DNA of 30,796 nucleotides from a virus (taxonomy: Duplodnaviria > Caudoviricetes), in the IMG/VR virus record IMGVR_UViG_3300030397_000600, positions 1 through 30,796 of that record; one strand, given 5' to 3'. Positions 7,403 to 14,433 of the stretch are shown in pieces (position 1 is the stretch's first letter; each line of letters starts with the position of its first letter). The notes under the pieces were generated by a model, which worked only from the letters and a program-made list of their open reading frames with translations, was not told the origin of the DNA and did not search any database. The position numbers and the translations under genes are program-made.

Positions 7403-7998
7403 AAGAGAGACCAATCCTATTCAAAGGTGAAATGGTCCGTGCCATTTTGGATGGCAGGAAAACCCAGACGCGGCGAATTGTGGATCCTCAACCACCAGTC
7501 AGCAGCATTAACCTCGCCCACGGACCGATAAAGAGCTGCTGGGAATTCAGTGTTTCCGGGAGGGACTACCGATGTCCCTATGGCCAGCCAGGAGACAGGC
7601 TCTGGGTCAGGGAGACCTACAGGCTCATAGAATTCGCTCCGTTCCAGCATGATGACGTAGGAGAGAGCGAATTTGATTACCGCGCTACACCAAGACCCGA
7701 GTTTTCCGACTGCAGGCTAAAGTGGTCACCATCCATCTTCATGCCCCGAATAGCCTCCCGTATCGACCTGGAGGTCACTGGCGTTCGTGTGGAGCAGCTG
7801 CAGCGCATCACCTACGGAGACATTAGAAGAGAGGGCATGCGGTGTACCGAGCACGACTTCGATTCAGGATTCTGCGTGGGGCCCTGTGATCACCTTGTCG
7901 CCGATTGGATTGAACTTTGGAAATCCATCAACGGCCCCGGCTCCTGGGATGAAAACCCCTGGGTATGGGTGGTTGAGTTCAAGCGAGTCGAGCCATGA
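7399..7998 (+). CDS. ASCH/PUA-like phage protein
   Basis: MKERPILF..MVRAILDGRKTQTRR, CPYGQPGDRLWVRET, WSPSIFMPR.ASRI.LEVT and NPWVWVVEF motifs. Confidence 0.8.
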   Translation: MKERPILFKGEMVRAILDGRKTQTRRIVDPQPPVSSINLAHGPIKSCWEFSVSGRDYRCPYGQPGDRLWVRETYRLIEFAPFQHDDVGESEFDYRATPRPEFSDCRLKWSPSIFMPRIASRIDLEVTGVRVEQLQRITYGDIRREGMRCTEHDFDSGFCVGPCDHLVADWIELWKSINGPGSWDENPWVWVVEFKRVEP

Positions 7999-8396
7999 GC
8001 TGGGCGCTCGGCTATGACCCCAACTGGAACCGCGATATCGGCTATGGCGTTCCTGCTATCTGTGATCATCCGGATTGTAATGCAAAGATCGATCGAGGCT
8101 TGTCATTCGTTTGTGGCGATGACGTGTACGGCGGTGAGCACGGGTGCGGGCTGTATTTCTGCGGAGAGCACCTGCTATTCGATCTCGAGGTAGATGACAT
8201 GCCCCCGCGCTGTGAGCGATGCCTGGCCGAAGATGCCGAACCCTTCACCCCCAAGCCCGACACCCCCGAATGGTTGCGATGGAAGCTCAGAGACACCAGC
8301 TGGATGCAATGGCGGGAAGAAAACCCAGAAGCCGTTCAGGCCATTCGAGATCGACTGCGCCAAGAAGGCACCACCCCCATAGGAGAGAAATCATGA
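7995..8396 (+). CDS. Cys-rich phage hypothetical protein
   Basis: RDIGYGVPAICDHPDC..IDRGLSFVCG...GCGLYFC..H; ATGA coupling. Confidence 0.75.
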   Translation: MSWALGYDPNWNRDIGYGVPAICDHPDCNAKIDRGLSFVCGDDVYGGEHGCGLYFCGEHLLFDLEVDDMPPRCERCLAEDAEPFTPKPDTPEWLRWKLRDTSWMQWREENPEAVQAIRDRLRQEGTTPIGEKS

Positions 8397-9094
8397 AAGT
8401 AGATGTACTGGATCACGGTTTTGTCCGACTGATCGACCACATGGGCAACGACCTGAGCATCGTACGTAATGCCAGGGTGTCCCACGACGCTGCCTGGCGT
8501 ACCGGCGAGGACGCCGGCAAGGATGAAAAGCTAATCGGCTTCCTAATGAATCACGGGCACAACACCCCGTTCGAGTCGGTACAGTTCACCTTCGAAGTGA
8601 AGGCGCCAATCTTCGTTTTCCGGCAATGGCACCGCCACCGTACCTGGAGCTACAACGAAGTATCTGCACGATACACGCAACTGCCGGAAGAATTCTACGT
8701 TCCTGAACCGAAGCACTTGGGAGTGCAATCCAAGACAAACCACCAGTCTCGAGACATGGAAGGTGTTTCAGCCAGGGGCAAGGAAATCCTCTGCAGCTAC
8801 ATGCGAACGCAGAACCAAGATGCTTTTGAGGTCTATAAAGAGCTCCTGGAAGAGGAAGTTCCTCGGGAACTGGCCCGCTCAGTACTCCCCGTAGCCACCT
8901 ACAGCCACATGTTTGCCAGCGTCAACCTTCACAATCTTTTCCGGTTCCTGGATGAGCGATTAGCCGACGGCGCACAGTACGAAATCCGTGTATATGCGAA
9001 AGCGCTGCTGGCCCTAATTAAACCTATCGTACCGGTCGCAGTGGAAGCGTGGCTAGAACAGCAACCCAACACACCCACAGCCTACGGGGCATAA
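8393..9094 (+). CDS. thyX: FAD-dependent thymidylate synthase
   Basis: ATG 8393 after AGGAG; H.TPFE, RHRTWSYNEVSARY (RHRx7SxR signature), RELARSVLP and AQYEIR. Confidence 0.95.
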   Translation: MKVDVLDHGFVRLIDHMGNDLSIVRNARVSHDAAWRTGEDAGKDEKLIGFLMNHGHNTPFESVQFTFEVKAPIFVFRQWHRHRTWSYNEVSARYTQLPEEFYVPEPKHLGVQSKTNHQSRDMEGVSARGKEILCSYMRTQNQDAFEVYKELLEEEVPRELARSVLPVATYSHMFASVNLHNLFRFLDERLADGAQYEIRVYAKALLALIKPIVPVAVEAWLEQQPNTPTAYGA

Positions 9095-9106
9095 CTGGAG
9101 ATCAAA

Positions 9107-9841
9107 ATGAGAGTAAACGTCTACGCTGAAGAACTGCCCGATGAGGGCTCAATCGAAATTATCGGCAAAGAAATCAACGGCCATACCTTCACCGGACTGC
9201 GCATCCCCCTGTACTTGCCCGTAACCCTACCTGATGGAACTCAGGCCAGGGGTAAGTTCATGCACCACCCCGATGATGATGACTCCAGTGCTATCACGAT
9301 ATGGGGAAAGCGGGATTTGCGGGTATTGCTTCGTGAAGCTTTGGCCCGGCTTGACGATCATTACGACGAACCCGGCGTTCCAACTATGCCGGTCCCTTTG
9401 AACCCCGACAATCCAAAGCAGGAACCGCTCATTACCACTCTCATGAAGCAAGCCTGCATGGGCGAATACAGCTGGGAAGAACAGGCTGATTATCACGACG
9501 AAAACGGCAACCTGATCGAGCACACCGCGACCCGAGAAGTGCCCTGGGATCTCTGTAAAAAAATCTACAAGCAGATGGCGACCATGGCCAACGGGTCAGC
9601 AGAAATGGAACAAACCCCCGAACCAATCACACAGCCAGGCGGAGGAACCATGACAGCGAAAGAATTCAACGAAAAGTACCCGGTCGGTTCCGGGTTTATA
9701 TACCAACCCCTTGCCGCATTGCGTGGCGGTGAGCTCGTCGAAACACGTTCCGTGGCGTGGGAGCTGGCCCATGGTGAGCCTGTCGTCAAAATCACCGGTC
9801 GGACTGGCGGTGTCGCAATCAGCCACCTGACAGCAGCCTGA
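9107..9841 (+). CDS. Composite hypothetical protein (probably fused small phage modules)
   Basis: GGAG RBS; Pro-rich linkers; internal GGAGGAACC-ATG at 9650. Confidence 0.65.
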   Translation: MRVNVYAEELPDEGSIEIIGKEINGHTFTGLRIPLYLPVTLPDGTQARGKFMHHPDDDDSSAITIWGKRDLRVLLREALARLDDHYDEPGVPTMPVPLNPDNPKQEPLITTLMKQACMGEYSWEEQADYHDENGNLIEHTATREVPWDLCKKIYKQMATMANGSAEMEQTPEPITQPGGGTMTAKEFNEKYPVGSGFIYQPLAALRGGELVETRSVAWELAHGEPVVKITGRTGGVAISHLTAA

Positions 9842-9883
9842 CCCACCCCCGCCCAATCCAGGGCATAACCAAGAGGAAAAACC

Positions 9884-10093
9884 ATGACTAAAGCTGTACG
9901 AATTGAAAACGCCGACAACGGCACCGACTACCAGGTTGTTGTTCAAACCTGGGCGAAAGGCTACGAGAAAGATGGCGAAATAGAGCCCGATACTATGGTG
10001 AAGGAGGAGGTTCTCTGGCACCCAACTCAAATGGTAGATGGACTTATTCACGACAGCCAATACCTGGTAGTCAAAGAAAAAACAGAATCCTGA
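9884..10093 (+). CDS. Phage hypothetical protein
   Basis: GAGGA RBS; 69-aa ORF starting MTKAVRIENAD. Confidence 0.7.
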   Translation: MTKAVRIENADNGTDYQVVVQTWAKGYEKDGEIEPDTMVKEEVLWHPTQMVDGLIHDSQYLVVKEKTES

Positions 10094-10150
10094 TCACACT
10101 GCGCCGCCACCACGGGGCGCGTATTCACTGTACCAAGAGGAAGTAGAGAT

Positions 10151-10339
10151 ATGGGTAAATACACCGTAACACTACAGATTGATGTGCTCGTTGATGTTGA
10201 AATTTCAGCCATTTCCATGGAGGAAGCGCTGGAAAAAGGACGGCAACTGCGCCCCGAAAATGCGATAAAACCTCGCACGAAAAAGAACAGCATTGTTGAC
10301 TGGGAAACTAAAGCCGTAACCAGCGTTTTCGAGCAGTAA
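10151..10339 (+). CDS. Hypothetical protein
   Basis: GAGG RBS; 62 aa. Confidence 0.6.
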   Translation: MGKYTVTLQIDVLVDVEISAISMEEALEKGRQLRPENAIKPRTKKNSIVDWETKAVTSVFEQ

Positions 10340-10365
10340 CCCACCACTATAGGAGCTGAATAGAT

Positions 10366-10608
10366 ATGCAAATTTACGGTGAAAGCATCCAGCCACGTCA
10401 CCCCAAGAGCGGCACCAGTCCGCTGGCCATGACAGAGGATGAGCTTGGCGGACTCGTAAAGTTTGCGAAAAGCCGCTGCCAGTCACGCATGATGGAACTG
10501 ACCAACGGCGTCCCCTTAACCGATGTTCTAATCCGATCATACATACAGGGCCTCGTAGATGCGGCGGCAACAATGCCCACCCCCAAGGACACCCCCCATG
10601 ACCGATGA
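10366..10608 (+). CDS. Hypothetical protein
   Basis: AGGAG RBS; coupled to the next gene. Confidence 0.55.
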   Translation: MQIYGESIQPRHPKSGTSPLAMTEDELGGLVKFAKSRCQSRMMELTNGVPLTDVLIRSYIQGLVDAAATMPTPKDTPHDR

Positions 10609-11063
10609 GGTTTGATATGGCTAAAAGATTCGACGAGTTTTGGGATGAAACAAAGCGAGAGGTTCGCCAGCCCTGGAACGAAGAAGTCGCCAGGTATGCA
10701 GCCAGGGAAGCGTGGCTTTACCAGCAGGATGTAATCGATGCCTTTCATGAGAGAGTGACGGCACTGGGAGTAATTCTGGATTCCATCTCTGACATGGAAG
10801 GCCGCGAGGGAATGACAGACGCGGAGTTTGTTAAACAGGCCCTTCTCAATATTCAGCATGGTGCGCCCTGGCCTGAAGAAACAGCCATGACCGATAAAGC
10901 CCTCGTAGATAAAGCCCTGCTGAGAGAAGCTGCTGAGGAGATGCAGTCTCGGGCAGAATTTTTTGCCAGCATGCGAGCATATATCCCCGCAATACAAGAT
11001 GAATACACCCGACTCACAGACCTAGCCAACAGGCTGATTGCCGCAGTGGAGGAAGAAAGATGA
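10605..11063 (+). CDS. Hypothetical helical protein (possibly two fused modules)
   Basis: ATGA overlaps at both ends; internal MTDKAL start candidate at 10888. Confidence 0.55.
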   Translation: MRFDMAKRFDEFWDETKREVRQPWNEEVARYAAREAWLYQQDVIDAFHERVTALGVILDSISDMEGREGMTDAEFVKQALLNIQHGAPWPEETAMTDKALVDKALLREAAEEMQSRAEFFASMRAYIPAIQDEYTRLTDLANRLIAAVEEER

Positions 11064-11335
11064 AACATGAATTAAAGACAGATAGCGAAGTATTTCAAGC
11101 AGTACTCTCAGGCCGTAAAACTTTTGAGATTCGTTTTGATGACCGAGGGTTTTGTGTTGGCGATTCGTTATTGTTAAGGGAAACCACACATACCGGCGAA
11201 GAAATGAAGCGGGGGAAGCCACTAAAATACACGGGGCAAGTAAAAGGAATGGTGGTAAGTCATATCTTACGCGGACCTATTTACGGCCTCAAGGATGGCT
11301 GGGTAATTCTTAGTCTCCATCCACCACACCAGTAG
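11060..11335 (+). CDS. DUF3850 / ASCH-like protein
   Basis: MKHELK....FQAVLSGRKTFEIR.DDRGF.VGD.L.LRE...YTG...GWVILS. Confidence 0.85.
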   Translation: MKHELKTDSEVFQAVLSGRKTFEIRFDDRGFCVGDSLLLRETTHTGEEMKRGKPLKYTGQVKGMVVSHILRGPIYGLKDGWVILSLHPPHQ

Positions 11336-11346
11336 AGAGTGAGTAG

Positions 11347-11691
11347 ATGAATAGCGTCAACGGGTCAGAGCTGTACCAGCGGGTAATTACCTACTTCGAC
11401 AAAGATGAAGAGCGGGACGAACTTTCCCGAGAGGTCTGGTCAGGAACTCCATGGATGGTTGACGCCTACACCGGAAAGATAGAGAACTTTGGTCGATACC
11501 GGGAAATCATGGACTGGTGCAGGGAGCAGTTCGGGCCTGAAGCGTGGCCCATACACGGCAAGCCGGGGAGCTGGCACTGCGGAGGGGCCACCGTCATGGG
11601 CTGGACATGGATGGGGTTCGCAACTGAAGACATGATGAACCAATTTATTGAACGATGGCCATCACCGGTAGACGCTACTCTGGAGGATTGA
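11347..11691 (+). CDS. Trp-rich hypothetical protein
   Basis: 114-aa ORF in operon context. Confidence 0.6.
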   Translation: MNSVNGSELYQRVITYFDKDEERDELSREVWSGTPWMVDAYTGKIENFGRYREIMDWCREQFGPEAWPIHGKPGSWHCGGATVMGWTWMGFATEDMMNQFIERWPSPVDATLED

Positions 11692-11895
11692 TGGGCCTTA
11701 ATGACGATTATGAGCAGGAGAAAAATCTGGAGGCTCAGTGGGCACTCGGTGATTACTGCGGAGAATGCCCCAACTGTGGCAGGCACCGGCTCTGCCACTG
11801 CGATAACGGCAAGCGGCGCTGTGAAAAGTGCAACTGGGTGCCTGAAGACAACGACTACTGCCCAGTGCCCCTATAGTTACTCTGGAGGATTGATG
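11676..11895 (+). repeat. 18-bp direct repeat containing an RBS, flanking the zinc-finger gene
   Basis: TACTCTGGAGGATTGATG at 11676-11693 and 11878-11895. Confidence 0.85.
11691..11876 (+). CDS. Small zinc-finger protein (61 aa)
   Basis: ATG 11691 after GGAGG; CPNCGRHRL...CEKC. Confidence 0.65.
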   Translation: MGLNDDYEQEKNLEAQWALGDYCGECPNCGRHRLCHCDNGKRRCEKCNWVPEDNDYCPVPL

Positions 11896-11896
11896 T

Positions 11897-12340
11897 ATGA
11901 GCACAAAAGCGTTTGTAACCGAGAGCAACATGATCGAAGGCATTCACCGCCCGCCGACTGAATATGAAATGTCGGAGCATGAGAGGTTTACCGCCCAACC
12001 CGATATGACGATTGAACAACTGGAACGGTTCGTTTCCATCTACCAGCCAGATGCCAGATTGCGTGATGCCCCGGGGCTTGATGTTCGTGTAGGAAATCAC
12101 ATTCCCCCGAAAGGCGGCCAGAATATTCGTATTTCTCTGGAAATACTGCTGGATTGCATTGCGGACATGTCACCGTACGAAGCGCATGTGGCCTATGAAA
12201 CACTGCACCCATTCACAGATGGCAATGGGCGGTCAGGGCGGGCGCTGTGGGCCTGGCATATGAATCAGATACACGACAACCACCCGCCCACGTTTTTGCA
12301 CCAGTTCTATTACCAGGCGCTGCAGGGTGCCCGCAAATAA
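11897..12340 (+). CDS. Fic-domain protein (class II, N-terminal inhibitory motif)
   Basis: HPFTDGNGRSGR canonical Fic motif; SNMIEG fits (S/T)xxxE(G/N). Confidence 0.9.
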   Translation: MSTKAFVTESNMIEGIHRPPTEYEMSEHERFTAQPDMTIEQLERFVSIYQPDARLRDAPGLDVRVGNHIPPKGGQNIRISLEILLDCIADMSPYEAHVAYETLHPFTDGNGRSGRALWAWHMNQIHDNHPPTFLHQFYYQALQGARK

Positions 12341-12363
12341 GCCTTAGCTTACAGGAGAGAGAC

Positions 12364-12570
12364 GTGTCCAAAGACGAGTTGATCGCTAAGCAACAGCTGG
12401 AAATAGAGGAACTGAAATCAATCAGCTCAACCAGGAAAGAAGCCCTGCGGAAAATATCACGGCTTTGCACGTGTATCGGCGGGCCGCTCAACGACAACAA
12501 GAAAGGCTATACCAAAGAGCAGATGTTGGACTTCTGGCAGATAAATGAACTGGCTGAAGACACACCCTGA
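12364..12570 (+). CDS. Phage hypothetical protein
   Basis: GTG 12364 after AGGAGAG; SKDELIAKQQLEIE...CIGGPLNDN. Confidence 0.6.
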   Translation: MSKDELIAKQQLEIEELKSISSTRKEALRKISRLCTCIGGPLNDNKKGYTKEQMLDFWQINELAEDTP

Positions 12571-12580
12571 GTAGATTGAT

Positions 12581-12790
12581 ATGAGCGGCCAGATAACGTA
12601 CACCATCTACGCCTTCCATGAGGTGCGCACATTCCAGGGAGTGTTTGCCTGCCGGAACTATCTGGAATCCCTACCCCGCGATTCAGAGGTCGCACTACAA
12701 GTAAAGAGCGGGCCGATCAAAGCAATCAGAATCAAGCACACCTCCGAGGGTAAGTTCAATGGTTACGACTATTTGGAAAATGAGGCATAA
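12581..12790 (+). CDS. Hypothetical protein
   Basis: 69-aa ORF in operon context. Confidence 0.45.
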   Translation: MSGQITYTIYAFHEVRTFQGVFACRNYLESLPRDSEVALQVKSGPIKAIRIKHTSEGKFNGYDYLENEA

Positions 12791-12896
12791 GGAGGTAGTC
12801 TGCGCCTCACAGTAGTCGATCATGAAACCCGGTATCCGACTTTCATCCAGAGAACTCTCATTAACGAGTTGCTATAGATAAACCCCCAGGAAGGAT

Positions 12897-13433
12897 ATGA
12901 ACCAAATACTCTATAAGCTTTTAGTAATCGTGTACGCACTTCTTTGCTTTTTCTTGGCTCTTGAGGGTATGCCTGCAGAGTTGGCCGGTTTTGCCGTGGC
13001 CGGTGCACTTTCTCTAGTGTTTCTCAACTTAGAGGAGTTCGCTGAATTCAGTGGTGCAGGATTTTCGGCAACGCTAAGAAAAAGAGTGGAGAAGGTCGAA
13101 AAGGATATCGAACCAATTAAATCCAAAGCCACTGAACCTGAGGCCTTGGAGAGTTCCGCGAAGAAGAAAATCGACGATCACTCTGATGAAGGCCTTGGCG
13201 GTGATTCACTAAAAGTCCTCGACGCTCTTGTAGAGGGGAAGTATTCCTGGCGAACAAATCTTGGGTTAGAGAATGCCACCAAATTATCAAGAGAGAAGCT
13301 TTCAGAAGTCTTAACTGAAATGGAAGCTGATGAACTGGTTACTACAACGCAATCCGCAACCGGACAGGTAATGTGGGGCGCCACAATGAAGGGCCACGTC
13401 ACCCATACGGTAGAGCATGCAACCTACGAATAA
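12897..13433 (+). CDS. Membrane protein (2 TM + coiled coil + wHTH-like C-terminus), moron-like
   Basis: Two hydrophobic N-terminal helices; KYSWRT..GL..ATKLSRE.L..VL..M...ELV wHTH pattern; lower GC than neighbours; AGGAAGG RBS. Confidence 0.7.
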   Translation: MNQILYKLLVIVYALLCFFLALEGMPAELAGFAVAGALSLVFLNLEEFAEFSGAGFSATLRKRVEKVEKDIEPIKSKATEPEALESSAKKKIDDHSDEGLGGDSLKVLDALVEGKYSWRTNLGLENATKLSREKLSEVLTEMEADELVTTTQSATGQVMWGATMKGHVTHTVEHATYE

Positions 13434-13586
13434 TATGCATAACAGGGGCAGGTAAAATCGCCCCGCGGTCTGGGCGCGCCCCACGACTTTGCCTATAACA
13501 GATTAACCACAAATCACTTTGACGATAATATTTCGCGTTTCATCAAACACAAACCAAAATAATTTCAAATATTTTCACTTTCTTCC

Positions 13587-13615
13587 TTGACTTTTAGGAC
13601 CTTTAGTCCTATAGT
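13587..13615 (+). promoter_or_regulatory. Strong sigma70 promoter with an overlapping 17-bp operator
   Basis: TTGACT(13587-13592)-17 bp-TATAGT(13610-13615); palindrome TAGGAC-CTTTA-GTCCTA (13595-13611); AT-rich upstream tract. Confidence 0.85.
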
Positions 13616-13666
13616 TACAACATGCCCGGCGATAACCGCAAGGGCGAAACCCGAAAGGAAGACACT

Positions 13667-14113
13667 ATGAACACCACCGAAGAAAACAAGATCATTGAGC
13701 AAGCCCTCGAAATCCTCACCAGCCGTATGCTCAGCGGCGAAACACTCTCCAGCCCCGCCGATACCGTTGAATTCCTGACCGTTAAGCTGGCCGGTAAAGA
13801 AGCTGAAGTATTTTTCGTGGTCTACCTCAGCAGCCAACACCGCGTCATCTCCCTTGAGGAAGCTTTCAAGGGCACCATAGACGGCGCTGCTGTCTATCCT
13901 CGTGAGGTAGCACGCGCTGCACTGGCTCACAATGCCGCCGCCGTGATCTTCGCTCACAACCACCCCAGCGGCGTTGCAGAGCCCTCAGCAGCCGATAAGC
14001 GCATCACTGAAAGGCTCGTCAACGCGCTGGCACTGCTGGACATCAGGGTCCTCGACCACATCATCATCGGAGGAACCAACTATTACAGTTTTGCGGAATC
14101 GGGGCTCTTGTAG
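13667..14113 (+). CDS. radC: RadC-family JAB/MPN-domain protein
   Basis: ATG 13667 after AAGGAAG; [30 protein letters not shown] and VLDHIIIG. Confidence 0.92.
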   Translation: MNTTEENKIIEQALEILTSRMLSGETLSSPADTVEFLTVKLAGKEAEVFFVVYLSSQHRVISLEEAFKGTIDGAAVYPREVARAALAHNAAAVIFAHNHPSGVAEPSAADKRITERLVNALALLDIRVLDHIIIGGTNYYSFAESGLL

Positions 14114-14142
14114 CCCCCACCCCCACCATAGGGAGAAAAATC

Positions 14143-14433
14143 ATGAGTGAAGAACGCGCTACATACAGGACCAGCAAGTCCCCGGGGAAACTCCCCGGGG
14201 GCACTCTGCTCAAATATACTGATCCAGGCTACCAGGAACCCACCTTTGAGGATGTCAGAACACTGAAGGAAATCAGCGGGAAAACAGGCAGGGAATTGTC
14301 CGAACTGGTGGGCCTGAAAGATAACCGAACCTTTCGGAAATGGACAGCACCCCCGGGCGCCAGCCAGAAAGCGCAGATCCCGTATTCCGCCTGGCGGCTG
14401 CTGTTGATTGAGTTGGGCATCGTAAGCCAATAA
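14143..14433 (+). CDS. KorC/Aca1-like HTH transcriptional repressor
   Basis: PTFEDVR.L....GKTG.EL..LVGL.DNRTFRKW...IPYSAWRLL resembles IncP KorC; GGGAG RBS. Confidence 0.7.
   Translation: MSEERATYRTSKSPGKLPGGTLLKYTDPGYQEPTFEDVRTLKEISGKTGRELSELVGLKDNRTFRKWTAPPGASQKAQIPYSAWRLLLIELGIVSQ

Noticed and set aside
8219-8392. N-terminal extension of ThyX
   Set aside because: Overlaps the upstream gene; the RBS and ATGA coupling indicate a start at 8393
13622-13666. RadC start at 13622
   Set aside because: Coincides with the predicted transcription start; the RBS precedes ATG 13667
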